Shown one piece after another: positions 42,104 through 53,465 of a DNA stretch of 64,000 nt; position 1 is the first letter of the stretch, and each line of letters starts with the position of its first letter. The notes beneath the pieces are model-generated. The model saw only the letters and a list, made by a program, of their open reading frames with translations, did no database searches and was not told the DNA's origin. The DNA comes from an uncultured Phycisphaerales bacterium (GTDB taxonomy: Bacteria > Planctomycetota > Phycisphaerae > Tepidisphaerales > Tepidisphaeraceae). The stretch covers positions 736,001-800,000 of the forward strand of contig CAWJPJ010000006.1 in the NCBI GenBank assembly GCA_963844715.1, given 5' to 3'. Made by a program: the position numbers and the translations under genes.

Positions 42104-43366
42104 TTACAGGCCGGGGGCGGGTTGCGAGGGAGGTGGCGACGCGGGTTGCTCGGCGGGTTGGGTGGCGGGTTGGATGGGGCCGAGATCTGTACCGGGGTCG
42201 ACGGATTGCTGGGGTGGATAGGACTTCAGGGTGTTGTGCTTGAAGTCGTCCTCGACTTGCTCGACGGTGAGGTCGGGATCCACGTCGAGATTCTTGGTCG
42301 CCCAGGCGGTCATGAGGGAGCCGCCTTCCTGCATGCCCTTGTCGGCGGGCGGATTGGTCTCGATGGGATCGTCGAAGGAATTGAACAGAGCGGTCAGGTC
42401 GATGGCGATCTGGACGTGCGATTTATCGGGGGCGGTGACGGCGGCGGAATTGAGGAGACGGCCGAGTTTTTTGCGCAGATCGACGACATCGGGTTTTTCG
42501 TCGGGCTGCTGCTGAAGGAGCTGGTCCTCGATGCCGGCGCGGAAGGCGTTGGCGAATTGAACGCACCCAGCGACGTCGGCGTCGGTCAGGTGAAGGGTGA
42601 GGGTGATCTGGTCGGCGCTTCGGACGATGGGGAGTTTGCCGGCCAGGAGATCGTCGCGGACCATTTGCAGGCTTTGGGGATCGAAGGGGATTTGCACCGC
42701 AGGCGTCGGAGCGGGCTGAGTGGCAGCGGCGCCTTCATCGATTCGCAGGGAAGCGATGGCCTGGGTGAGGACGGCTTGAGTAAAATCGTCCCACGAGACG
42801 GCGGATTGCTGCTGGTTGCGCTGGGCGATGAGCTGGTCGAGCAGAGCCGAGGGCATGTTTTTGCCGGGCGTAGCGATGCGGCGGCTGAGATAGGCGAGGG
42901 TGGCGTCGGCAATTTTGCCGGGGACGATCACCTGATGGTAATAGCAGAGATTGTCGGGGCCGCGGAGAAAGAATCGGCCGGGGAGGATGGTGATGTCGGC
43001 GACGGGAATGGAGTCCGGATAGGATTTCAGGCCGTTGGGGGGAGATTCGGTGAGGGGAAGATCGACCCAGCGATCAGCCGTGTAGCGAAGAATGGCGGAC
43101 TCCCCCCACTCTTCGAATGTCGCGTCCTCGGGGACGATGATCAAGTTCTGGCGGTTCTCGTAAAGGGCGGCGAGCCATTTCTGGTCGGCGTCCTGGTTCG
43201 CGACCTTATCGCCCATGATGTGCTGATAAACGGTGAGGAAGCGGAATTGGTCGGTTTGGGGTTCGTAGACGGCGGAGACGGTTTTTACGGCAGTGAGACA
43301 GCCGGGGAAGAACAGGGCGAGGAGACACGCGCCGGTTAGGAAGACGGCTCGTCTTGGGGTGGTCAT
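42104..43366 (-). CDS. Hypothetical lipoprotein
   Basis: MTTPRRAVFLTGACLLALFFPGC lipobox-like N-terminus; ~420 aa ORF. Confidence 0.7.
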   Translation of the reverse strand: MTTPRRAVFLTGACLLALFFPGCLTAVKTVSAVYEPQTDQFRFLTVYQHIMGDKVANQDADQKWLAALYENRQNLIIVPEDATFEEWGESAILRYTADRWVDLPLTESPPNGLKSYPDSIPVADITILPGRFFLRGPDNLCYYHQVIVPGKIADATLAYLSRRIATPGKNMPSALLDQLIAQRNQQQSAVSWDDFTQAVLTQAIASLRIDEGAAATQPAPTPAVQIPFDPQSLQMVRDDLLAGKLPIVRSADQITLTLHLTDADVAGCVQFANAFRAGIEDQLLQQQPDEKPDVVDLRKKLGRLLNSAAVTAPDKSHVQIAIDLTALFNSFDDPIETNPPADKGMQEGGSLMTAWATKNLDVDPDLTVEQVEDDFKHNTLKSYPPQQSVDPGTDLGPIQPATQPAEQPASPPPSQPAPGL

Positions 43367-43384
43367 GGGGGGGAGTATAATGAC

Positions 43385-43511
43385 GAAATCCGAAACCAGA
43401 AACCCGAATGACGAATCAAGCCCGAATGCCCAAATGACCGAATGTTTCGTCATTTGAGCATTCAGTCATTTGGTCATTGATTCGTCATTCTGGTTTCGGG
43501 TTTCGGGTTTC
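43385..43511. repeat. Imperfect palindrome built from 7-8-nt units (CCGAATG/GAAACC), copy 1
   Basis: The left arm is ~90% identical over 60 nt to 55649-55708, and the right arm is its loose reverse complement. Confidence 0.8.
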
Positions 43512-43560
43512 GGCCGGTGGCGGTTGCCACCGGACGAGATCGCCTATATTTAGGTAAGCG

Positions 43561-45745
43561 ATGAGCGATCAATTGGCTGGTGACGAACTTCTGGCAGGTT
43601 TGACGGAGCCGCAGAGGCGGGCGGTTACCCATGTGGATGGGCCGCTTTTGATTATTGCGGCGGCGGGGAGCGGGAAGACTCGGGTGATTACGCGGCGAGT
43701 GGCTTATTTGCTCAGCCAGGGGATTGAGCCCAGTTCGGTTCTGGCAATTACGTTTACGAATAAGGCGGCGGGTGAGATGAAGCAGAGAATCGCGGCGGCG
43801 AGCACCGTTGCGATCCGGGATTGGGGGCGGCTGGATCAGCCTTGGCCGATTATTTGCACGTTTCACTCACTGTGTTTGCGGATTTTGAAATTTTATGCGG
43901 GGGTGATCGGGCTGCCTGCGAATTTCAGCGTGTTTGACGCCGCGGACCAGAGCCGGCTCATCAAGGAGGCGATCAAGAGTTTGGAGCTGCCGGCGACGCA
44001 GTTTGTGCCAGGCGCGGTGCATGGGACGATCAGCAATGCGAAGAATAAACTGATCGACGCGAAATCTTTCGCGGAGCAGGCGGGGGACTTTTTCTCGCGG
44101 GCGGTGGCGCGAATCTATCTGAAATATCAGCAGCTTCTTCAGCAGAACGCGGCGCTGGATTTTGATGATCTTTTGATGCGGACGACGCAGGCACTGCGCG
44201 ATCATCCGCAAATTTTGAAGGAACTTCAGGAGCGATTCAGCTACATCCTGATCGACGAGTATCAGGATACCAATCATGCGCAATACATCTTGGCGCACGC
44301 GCTGGCGATGAAACACCGGAATTTGTGCGTGGTGGGCGATCCGGATCAGTCGATCTATGCGTGGCGCGGGGCGGATGTCGGGAATATTTTGGATTTTGAG
44401 AAGGATTATCCGGATGCGCTGGTGGTGCGGCTCGAGCAGAATTACCGGTCGACGAAGACGATTCTGGCGATCGCCGATGCGCTGATCGGGCACAACAAGA
44501 GGCGGAAGGAAAAGAAACTCTGGACGGATAACGCACAGGGGGAAAAGGCGCGGGTGCTGCTTTGCCAGGATGAGCATGATGAGGCAAACGCCGTCAAGGA
44601 AGAGTTGGCGGGGCTGAATCGGACGGGGGTGCCTTGGAGCAAGATGGCGATTTTTTACCGGATGAATTCGCTGTCGCGCGTGATGGAGGATGCGCTGCGG
44701 CGCGGGGGGATTCCTTATCAGATCGCGCGCGGGGTGGAGTTTTATGGTCGCAAGGAAATCAAGGATGTGCTGGCGTATTTGCGTGTGATCGCGAATCCTT
44801 CCGATCAGGTGAGTTTGGAGCGGATTGTGAATGTGCCGGCGCGCGGGATTGGGAATAATTCGTTGAAACTCGTCGAGGCGTTTGCGGTGGGCAATGGGAT
44901 TGGGATATCGGAGGCGTTTTTCGCGCGGGGGAGATCGAGGGGTTGCCTACTCGGGCGCAGGGGGCAGTGGCGAGCTTTGTGAGGATGATTGAAGGGTTGC
45001 GGGCAGCGGCGGCGCAGCCGGGCAGTGTGCAGGCGATTATGGAACAGACCGTGCGAGCCAGCGGGCTGGAACAGATGCTGCGGAAGGAAAACCCGGATGG
45101 GGAAGACCAGGCGGCAAACGTCGCGGAATTGATCTCGGCGGCGGCGGAATACGACAAAGAAAACCCGCAGGGCTCGCTGGCGGATTATCTGGCGGCGGTG
45201 AGCCTGGTCAGTGATGCGGACAAGGTCGAGGGGTCGCAGGGATCGGTGACGTTGATGACCCTGCATGCGGCCAAGGGGTTGGAGTTTCCAGTGGTGGCGA
45301 TGATTGGGCTGGAGGAGGGATGCCTGCCGCATGCGCGGGCTCAGGATAATCCGGATGATCTGGAAGAAGAGAGACGGCTTTGCTTTGTGGGGATCACTCG
45401 GCGCAAGAGAGACTCATTTTAAGCAAGGCTACTTATCGAACCATTCGGGGGAGGCGCGAACGGACGGCGACGAGTCAATTCCTGGCGCAAATGCCGGTGG
45501 AATTGTTGGAGGTCATCGAGACGGGCGGGGCCCCGGATATGGGCGGCCGGTCGTATGAAGCGGAGGAAGAAGATGAGCCTTGGACGGAATTTCGGATCGG
45601 GCAAAGAGTCAGGCATCCGGCGTTTGGGATGGGGAAGATCGTGGATCTCGCCAAGTCGGCGGCGAGCACAAAGGCAATCGTCGTGTTTGATCGGGTGGGC
45701 CAGAAGACGCTGATTTTGCAGTATGCGAATCTGTCAGCACTTTGA
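43561..45745 (+). CDS. pcrA: UvrD/PcrA/Rep-family ATP-dependent DNA helicase (frameshifts ~44925, ~45400)
   Basis: AAAGSGKTRV, TFTNKAA, DEYQD, GDPDQSIY, TLHAAKGLEF, EEERRLCFVGITR and a C-terminal RVRHPAFG tudor-like domain. Confidence 0.93.
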
Positions 45746-45806
45746 TTTTCTTACCGCAACGGCGGGTAGACTCCGAACGCGAAGAAAAACAAGAAAAAAA
45801 CATTTA

Positions 45807-45888
45807 ACCATGGATTTCGCGGATTACACGGATGAAGAAAAGAAATTTGAATTTGGTTTTATCCGCGTTATCCGCGAAATCCGTGGTT
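45807..45888. repeat. Palindrome built from 9-nt units (CGCGGATTA-type)
   Basis: AACCATGGATTTCGCGGATTACACGGAT pairs with ATCCGCGTTATCCGCGAAATCCGTGGTT. Confidence 0.8.
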
Positions 45889-46566
45889 CTATTTTTTTGT
45901 TTTTTGAGTTTGTGTTGGGGACTGGCGTTGGGGGACTCAGGAGCTACGACGGAGGCCGATTCGGACGATCCGCCTGTCGCGGCGGAGATGGCGCCTTCTT
46001 ATATCGCGATTGGGCGGGATTTGTCCCTGCGGCTGAGTCTGGTTCGGCGGTCTGTCGATGAGCTTTCGCTTGATCCGCGGGTGCGGGGGCAGGCTAATGC
46101 GGTGCTGAATTCGTGTCAGCAGGAAGTGGATGATCTGGTTGGGCAGATGGAGAAGGGGGCGTTGCCTTCCAGCAGGAAGGTGCTGGGGGTGCCGGGGGAT
46201 TTGCGGGCGGGGAGGAGTGAGCTTTATGAGATCATCGGGCCGCAGGAGAGTGAGCAGTTGGATGAGATGCTGCGGTCGCTGCGCGGGGAGGCGAGGTCTA
46301 CGCTGGCACATGTTCGATTGATGTTGCAGGAGATGATCCCCCCGCCGGTGGAGATGCGGAAATGCGAGGGGATTATTTCGGCGGCGGAGGGGAAGGCGGA
46401 GAGTTTTCCGCATTTGGATTTATCGGCGGAGGAATATGACGCGCAGAGAGGGAAGCTGGATGGGATCCTCAAGTCGGTCGAGGAGCAGTTGGATGGGGTT
46501 TTGACGCCGGGGGAGTTGGAGCGATTGGGGCCGCGGTTTACGGCGTCATTCCCGGCGACGAAGTAG
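45832..46566 (+). CDS. Hypothetical exported helical protein (start uncertain)
   Basis: Signal-like N-terminus; two helical repeats ending IIGPQE and VLTPGE. Confidence 0.6.
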   Translation: MKKRNLNLVLSALSAKSVVLFFCFLSLCWGLALGDSGATTEADSDDPPVAAEMAPSYIAIGRDLSLRLSLVRRSVDELSLDPRVRGQANAVLNSCQQEVDDLVGQMEKGALPSSRKVLGVPGDLRAGRSELYEIIGPQESEQLDEMLRSLRGEARSTLAHVRLMLQEMIPPPVEMRKCEGIISAAEGKAESFPHLDLSAEEYDAQRGKLDGILKSVEEQLDGVLTPGELERLGPRFTASFPATK

Positions 46567-46738
46567 AGTGTGTGCGCAGATAAGAATGGGCCGGTTTTTT
46601 TGAGTCTGATCTCAGTAATATCGGCCTGCTGGCGCGCGAGGTGAGATTCAACGTTGTTAGAGCTTCTTCCGGTTTCACGGATGCGGGACAGCCCAGTATC
46701 CGATTGAAGGCAATTGCGTCGAACGATAGAATCGAAGT

Positions 46739-47233
46739 ATGGGGTCGAAAAGCGAATCGCCGGCCACTATCGCAAATGCATCCTCTAACTTTCGCTTGTT
46801 CGAGGCAGGAATTTATCTTTTCCTTTTTCTTTGCATCGGCGTTGCTATTTGTTTAGATGTCGTCGGGCGTTATTCTCGGTACCAAGTGCAGGAATGGGAA
46901 AGCCATTACGCGCAAGTGGACGCGATGTTCAAAAAAGGTGCATGGCATGGAGTATTGTACGTCCGCTTTGTGAATTTTCCGCAAAACAAAAATTGGATCG
47001 CCCGGGATCTTTTTACTCGCGGTGTATATGCGCTTTATCCGCATAGCGTTCTGGCGGGGGATCCTTCGGCGCCCACTTTTTCACCTGACCAATTGATGGC
47101 TGCTAATTTCGAGCCGGACCCGCAATGGCTTTTTCAACACGACATTGGCAGTGAGGTCACCTTTACGCTCCAACCCGAAGGCTTGGTTGATACCTATCGG
47201 CGATTCGTGTTTTCGAGCACCGAGGACCGCTAA
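46739..47233 (+). CDS. Hypothetical membrane-anchored protein
   Basis: Single TM; stop overlaps the next ATG (TAATG). Confidence 0.55.
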   Translation: MGSKSESPATIANASSNFRLFEAGIYLFLFLCIGVAICLDVVGRYSRYQVQEWESHYAQVDAMFKKGAWHGVLYVRFVNFPQNKNWIARDLFTRGVYALYPHSVLAGDPSAPTFSPDQLMAANFEPDPQWLFQHDIGSEVTFTLQPEGLVDTYRRFVFSSTEDR

Positions 47234-48613
47234 TGACCGTCGCAGGGATCTGGTGCTCGATTTATCTTGCATGTTTGCTGGTGACGGGATGGGGGGGTTT
47301 GTAGCCTCATTTTGCCCAATCGACCACGCATCGACTTTGCCGGATTTGCGGCTTGTTTAGGACCGGGAATTCTCTCACTGACGTTAATCGCTTTTTCAAT
47401 GGCGGGTTGGCGGCCAAGCCGAATCCTCATATTGTTCCTCGCTTTTGTCTGGGGCATCCTCGGAATCGTCGCGCTTCGAAAGCGATGGACTCGATTCGGG
47501 ATGAATGCGCCAGCTTTCCCCGTTTCGATGCTCTCTAAGATATGGATATTTTTTTGTCTGGCCGCGCTCGGGTACGGGATTTTTATCGTCGCACGTAAGG
47601 CGCTATTTCAATCGGTCATCGAAGGAGACGCGTTTCAAATATGGCAATTGAAGGCGAAGGTTTTGGCAACCGTTCCAATGACTCCAAGGCCGGCTTATTT
47701 TTCCGACGTCAGCTTAAGTTACAGCCACCTAAAATATCCGGTCCTATTCCCCATGCTATCTGCGGGCGTTCACGCAATGACCGGCGGCCTCAATGATGAA
47801 CTTGGAAAAGCGCCGGAACTGCTTCTATATTTGGGCATGGGCGCCGTGGTTTTCGGCGCCGTACTGGAATTCAATTGTTGGAGCGCTGCATTTGCCGCAG
47901 CGGCTCTTTTATTAACGATTCCGAATTTTCTAGCTTATGCCGGCGGCGGAATGGCAGATACGGCCTTGGCGGCGTTCTATGCGTGCGCCATCGTTTCAAT
48001 ATTGCGCTGGCAGGCTGAGCGGCGCGTTGCCGATTTGGTCGCAGCGCTGGTTTCCACAATCTGCATGGCGTGGACGAAAAATGAAGGCATGGCGCTGGCG
48101 ATAATCAATGTCCTGACGATCTTCTTGCTCACGCCCCAACCCTTAAAAATTCGACAGATTCGCCTCGCGGCCCTCTTTGCCTTGGTGTTGGGCGCGGCGA
48201 TTTTGCCCTGGATCGTCTATACCCGGGATTTGCCGGCAACGGACGAGGACTACGCGGGCCGATTGAACGTTGCTCAACTGATCGCCGGCGGGAGCCGCAT
48301 ACCCACAATTGCGCAGAGCATGCTGGGCGAATTTATGGACTGGCGCCGGTGGGGTGTATTTTGGATCGCGCTCTTGGTTGTGCAGCTTATCAATTGGCGG
48401 AGTTTGCGCAATCGATCGATTGCAACGCTCTGGTTTCTATTGATTCTGCAGATATTGGCCTATTTCCCGCCGTATATGGTGACGACATGGCACTTAGAAG
48501 AATTGCTGAGGTTTTCACAAACCCGACTTTTGCTACACGCCGCACCCGCTGCCGCTCTGATTGTGGGGCTGCAGTTGCCTCGTGACAAACCGAAGCCCAC
48601 CCAAACGGGTTGA
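47233..48613 (+). CDS. Polytopic membrane protein, GT-C (ArnT/PMT-like) glycosyltransferase candidate; frameshift in the G7 tract at 47291-47297
   Basis: More than 10 TMs; DAFQIWQLKAK, HLKYPVLFP, WTKNEG. Confidence 0.7.
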
Positions 48614-48721
48614 TCAGGGATTGACCAGCCGGCTGAAGTCGATTGACTCTCTCGCCCAAACATATTCGGGCGCATCGCGCCGTCTTCCCTTGAGTGCGCG
48701 GGGATAAGGGATAAAAAGTGA

Positions 48722-49074
48722 TTACATGTTTTCGAGATTTTTTGCGTGTTGAGAGCCGTCGCTTAGGTGGGTGAAATCGGGCGGCGTTGGGGGTGGCTTC
48801 AATTGGGATCGCTTGGCTTCTTTGTGGAAATGTCTGGCCCATTTTGCGCATTGGATTCCCAGCAGGAGCAAGGCGATCGCGGCGGCGATGTAGAGGAATT
48901 GGGCCAACAGGGTTCGGCGGTAGGAAATAAGTTCGTGGATGATTTGGATGATGGTTACGGCGCAGCCTATTGCGGCGATGATGCAGTACGAGCGGCTGCG
49001 GTAAGCGGCGCAGCAGGGCGGCCAGTTGGCGGATGCGCAGGCCGTTGAGTTCGTCTTCGTGCGGGTCGGTCACG
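48722..49074 (-). CDS. Small hypothetical membrane protein (frameshift ~49010)
   Basis: DELNGLRIRQLAA...AYRSRSYCII...2 TM...PDFTHLSDGSQ reads across two frames. Confidence 0.55.
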
Positions 49075-49150
49075 GGGAAAATTCTAACTTGCGTGGTCGG
49101 CTGGCGAAAAGATGGGGCGGGGCTTAATCTTCCCGGCGGAAGGAGGCCGG

Positions 49151-50011
49151 ATGACACTTCTCCAGGCTTTGATTCTTGGTGCGCTGCAAGGTATTGCGGA
49201 ATTGTTTCCGATCAGTTCGCTGGCGCAGACGATTTTGCTGCCGGCGATGCTGAAATGGAGCATGAGCAGCCGGGAGAATCCGGATTTTCTGGCGTTTGTG
49301 GTCCTGCTGCATCTGGCGACGGCGGTCGCGCTCGTGCTCGATTTTTGGAAGGACTGGAAAATCGTCGTGCTGGCCTGGATCGGGAGCGCGAAGAAGGGGC
49401 AACTGGTTTACGACGAGGCGAGCAAGTTCGCCTGGCTGCTGGTGGCGGGGACGATCATCGTCGGAGCGATCGGACTGGTGTTTGAAAAGAAACTGCGCAA
49501 GCTGTTTGAGGACCCAAAATATATATGGGTGGTGGCGGCCGTGCTGGTGCTGAACGGCGTCATTATGATTCTGGCGGACGTCGTCAAAAAAGGAGCGGAA
49601 AAAAGGGAAGGCGAGGGGGCGCAACGGAAGCGGGCGCCGGAATTAACGTTTATCGAAGGCGCGGCAGTCGGCGCGACGCAGGCGTTTGCACTAATACCGG
49701 GGATTTCGCGCAGCGGCATGACAATCGTGGCGGGACTCCTGGCGGGGTTGAGCTACGACGAGGCGGCGCGGTTTTCGTTCATGCTGGCGACGCCGGTGAT
49801 TGGATTGGCGGCACTATTGAAAGTGCCGAGCCTGCTTAAGCCAGAGGCCCGGCACATGCTGAACGTGGGGATTCCGGCGGCGGTGGTGGCGGGCATAACG
49901 GCTTACCTAAGCACGAAATTCCTGATGCGATATTTTCGGCACAACCGGCTGGCCCCGTTCGGCGCGTTTTGTATCGTGTGGGGAGCGTTCGCGCTATATT
50001 TGCTTCATTGA
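49151..50011 (+). CDS. uppP: Undecaprenyl-diphosphate phosphatase
   Basis: LQGIAELFPISS, LHLAT, PGISRSG, ARFSFML; AGGAGG RBS. Confidence 0.93.
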   Translation: MTLLQALILGALQGIAELFPISSLAQTILLPAMLKWSMSSRENPDFLAFVVLLHLATAVALVLDFWKDWKIVVLAWIGSAKKGQLVYDEASKFAWLLVAGTIIVGAIGLVFEKKLRKLFEDPKYIWVVAAVLVLNGVIMILADVVKKGAEKREGEGAQRKRAPELTFIEGAAVGATQAFALIPGISRSGMTIVAGLLAGLSYDEAARFSFMLATPVIGLAALLKVPSLLKPEARHMLNVGIPAAVVAGITAYLSTKFLMRYFRHNRLAPFGAFCIVWGAFALYLLH

Positions 50012-50012
50012 C

Positions 50013-50097
50013 GCCCGCGTGGCGGAACGGCAGACGCTACGGACTTAAAATCCGTTGACCAGAAATGGTCGTGTGGGTTCGACTCCCACCGTGGGCA
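50013..50097 (+). tRNA. tRNA-Leu(TAA), CCA not encoded
   Basis: Acceptor stem GCCCGCG/CGTGGGC, anticodon arm ACGGA-CTTAAAA-TCCGT, long variable arm, GGTTCGACTCC T-arm. Confidence 0.95.
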
Positions 50098-50519
50098 CTG
50101 GGATTTGCCTTTTTTGGCCGGACGAGCCGGACTCGGGCCGAGTGGGCGGGGACGTCCGGAGGGTGGCCGCAATCGAGCGTGGCGAGTTCGGCTTCGATTC
50201 TGCAATTGATCTCGACTTGAAGCGCTTCCTCAAGCCGGCGGGCGCGGACAGTGTCCATGCGGGTGTCGAAGGAAATCACCTTGGCGATCTCGACGGCACG
50301 CTCTAGCTCGTCGGGCTGGACGTCCAGGACGCAATCGGACAGAAAATCGCGCAGGTAATCCTCATTGACCTCTTTGTGAACGAGATCGGCGACGGCGCTG
50401 TAGACTTCGTCGAATTCGTGCGCGACGCGGTGGGAGATGGGATCGAGGACGGCGGGCGAATGCACCTCGCCGCGGATGCGATCGCACAATTTCCGGTAAC
50501 AATCCGAGCAGACAGTCAT
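50037..50519 (-). CDS. Hypothetical protein with an N-terminal CxxC; its 3' end overlaps the tRNA antisense
   Basis: MTVCSDCYRKLCDRIRGEV...; GC3-rich codon pattern over the first ~120 codons. Confidence 0.55.
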   Translation of the reverse strand: MTVCSDCYRKLCDRIRGEVHSPAVLDPISHRVAHEFDEVYSAVADLVHKEVNEDYLRDFLSDCVLDVQPDELERAVEIAKVISFDTRMDTVRARRLEEALQVEINCRIEAELATLDCGHPPDVPAHSARVRLVRPKKANPSAHGGSRTHTTISGQRILSP

Positions 50520-50897
50520 GTTGGCACACCCTTGCCACTTAATGAGAACTGAGGGACGTGCGGTACCGGGAATATGGGGCCGGGAGGTGCCGCCGCCAAG
50601 GGCGATCGGGGGCGGAATCGTAGTAAGTCTTTGTTGGAGAGTGGGTTTGAGCGGACAGAATGAGGTGGTAGGGTTGCAACGATTATAAGGGATGGAGCGC
50701 GATGGATGCTTCGGCGGATAATCAATTACTAGAGGAAGCGAAGGGGTTTCATCGCGCCGGGAATTTTGGGGAAGCGGAGAAGTTGTATCGGAAGTTTCTC
50801 GAGGCGCAGCCGCCTTGACGGGGCAGATATGCCAGGCGGCTGATGCCTGGAGGGAAGCGCGGGAAATTTCGAATGAGGAGTGGACGGAGACGATTCG

Positions 50898-51014
50898 CGC
50901 GGATCGCTGCGGGGAAGGCTCGCGGCATCGCGGCTGATGGATTCGAAGCGATTTGCGAGGGATTTTGAGGCGGCGTATCGCGCGATGTGGAAGAACTGGT
51001 GCGCGGGGCGGTAG
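50898..51014 (+). pseudogene. Orphan C-terminal remnant of a TPR-GT41 gene
   Basis: RGSLRGRLAASRLMDSKRFARDFEAAYRAMWKNWCAGR* matches the end of the next gene (RDRMRASPLMDAKGFAADMERIYAEIWKKWCAG). Confidence 0.7.
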
Positions 51015-51031
51015 CATGTACGATCAGAATA

Positions 51032-52771
51032 ATGATGGAGTCTTTGGATCATGCGAGGGCGTATTTGCAGGCGGGCCGATTGGCTGAGGCGGAGCGCGCT
51101 TGCCGGGGAGTTTTGGAACGGGAGAAAGGGAATGCGGATGCGCTCCATTTGCTGGGGATCGTTCTGTTTAAAACGGGGCGGGCAAAAGAGGGAGAGGGGT
51201 TCGTACGCGAGTCGCTGAGGGCGTCACCGGGGCGCGGGGATTTTTATTGCAATCTGGGGGTTTTGATCGCGGAGGAAAAACCTTTCGAGGCGGCGCAGCT
51301 TCTGCGCAAGGCGCTGGATTTGCGGCCCGGAGATGCGCAGACGGCGATCAACCTGGGCGGGATTCTGGAGAGACTTGGGAGGGTGGACGAGTCGGCGGCG
51401 GTGCTAAGGCGGGCAGTGGACATGCGTCCGGATTCGGCCGATGCGCGATTGAATCTCGGAAATGCGCTCAAAGAAATCGGGCGGATGGAGGAGGCGATCG
51501 ATCATTACCGACGCGCGGTGGAATTGGCGCCGGCGGACGCGGAGCTGCATGGAAATCTTCTGTTCATGCTGCATTTTGATTGGCGCTGCGGGCCAGGGGA
51601 ATTGCTCGCGGAGCATCGGCGGTGGGCGCAGCGGCATATGGAGAAGCTGAAGCCGACGGCGCTCTCGTTTGAGAATGATCGGAGCCCGCAGAGGCGGTTG
51701 CGCGTGGGGTATGTGTCGGCGGAGTTTCGGATTCAGCCGGTGGGCCGGTTTATTTTGCCGCTGCTGGCGGCGCATGACAAACAGGGTTTTGAGATTTTTT
51801 GTTACGACACCGGGTCTGCGCCGATGCGTTTACGGCGCGGCTGCGGGCGCACGCGGATGTCTGGCGGGAGGTGGGGAAACTCTCGGACGAGGAGATTGCC
51901 CGGCAGGTTCGCGCGGATCGGATCGATATTCTCGTCGATCTGAACATGCACCTGAGGAGCGGGCGATTGGGGGTTTTTGCGCAAGCCGGCGCCGGTGCAG
52001 GTGACTTATCTGGCTTACACCGGGACCACGGGGCTGGAGACGATCGACTATCGGATCACCGATCCATATCTCGACCCCGCCGATTCGGATGACTTTTATT
52101 CGGAGAAGTCGGCGAAGTTGACGCGAAGTTACTGGTGCTTTCAGCCGGTGATGGATTTGGAAGTCTCGGAGCTGCCGGCGGAGAAGACCGGGTATGTGAC
52201 ATTCGGGGCGCTGAACAATTTTATCAAGACAAGTCCGGCGGCGCTGGAGACGTGGGGGCGGATTTTGGCGCGGCTGCCCGGATCGCGGCTGATGATTTTT
52301 ACCGTGGAGGGCCAACATCGGAATCGGCTCCGGGAAATGTTTGGGAAAATGGGGGTCGAGGGGGAGCGCGTGGAGTTTGCGGGGAGAAATTCGATGGGAG
52401 AATACATGAAACTATTCCATCGGATTGATATCGCGCTGGATTCGTTTCCTTACGCGGGGGGAACGACGAGTTGCGACGCGCTGTGGATGGGCGTGCCGGT
52501 TGTCACCCTGGCGGGCAAGACGGCGATTGGGCGCGGCGGCGTGAGTATTTTGAGCAATATCGGGCTGGGGGATTTGATCGCCGGGACGACGGAAGAGTAT
52601 GTCGAGACCGCCGTGAAACTCGCGGGGGATCACGGGCGGCTGAAGGAATTACGACGGACCATGCGAGACCGGATGCGGGCGTCGCCGCTGATGGATGCGA
52701 AGGGATTCGCGGCGGATATGGAGAGAATTTACGCCGAGATTTGGAAAAAATGGTGCGCGGGAGGGGATTGA
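51032..52771 (+). CDS. TPR + GT41 (SPINDLY/OGT-like) protein glycosyltransferase (frameshifts ~51820, ~51978)
   Basis: TPR repeats, RLRVGYVS, IDILVDL, RKPAPVQVTYLAY, DSFPYAGGTTSCDALWMGVPV. Confidence 0.9.
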
Positions 52772-52806
52772 TTCGCGCATCGTCGTCTGGTCCAATTCCG
52801 GTTGAG

Positions 52807-53465
52807 GTGCGATTGAGCGTCGTCGAAGCTACACCTGCGCGAAAGGCAACGAAACTCGGCGTGGCGGTCGTTTTAATCGGGCTGCTGGCGTGGTTCGTGG
52901 GGGCGAATTTCGGGTCATGGAAGGATCGGTTTTTTCCGCGCAAGTTTCGGGAAGTCGATCCGGGGATGGTGTATGCCAGCGGGCAGATCAATCAGCATTT
53001 AATCCGGCAGGTTCTGGTCGATCACAAAATCAAATGCGTGATTTGCCTCGATCCCGACGATCTGAACGATCCGGACGTCGCGGCGGAAGTGGCGGTTTGC
53101 CGGGAATTGGGGATCGATCGATTTGTGTTTCCGCTGCGCGGGGATGGGACCGGGGATATTCACGAATACGCGGACGCGGTGGCGCAGATCGTGGCGGCGA
53201 CAAAGGCGAATGAGCCAGTGCTGTTGCATTGCTCGAGCGGGCGCAGAGGTCGAACGGGGCGACGTTTTATTATCGCGTGCTTGTGGAGGGGAAGCCGGCG
53301 CAGGATGCGATGGAGGAAATGTTCCGCAACGGACACAACCCGGCGGAAAATACGCTGCTGATTCCTTATTTGAACGAGCATATGGGGGAGATGGCAAATT
53401 TACTGGTGGAAAAGGGAGTGATCGCTTCGGTTCCGAACCCAATTCCTGTGATTCATTATCCTTGA
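52807..53465 (+). CDS. Membrane-anchored cysteine-type (dual-specificity/PTP-like) phosphatase (frameshift ~53240; start uncertain)
   Basis: FREVDPGMVYASGQ; the P-loop PVLLHCSSG(A)QRS is restored across the frameshift. Confidence 0.8.

Noticed and set aside
50013..50097. bldA-like regulatory role of tRNA-Leu(TAA), or a prophage attachment site
   Set aside because: TTA codons occur in ordinary genes here, and no integrase or att duplication is present in the window.
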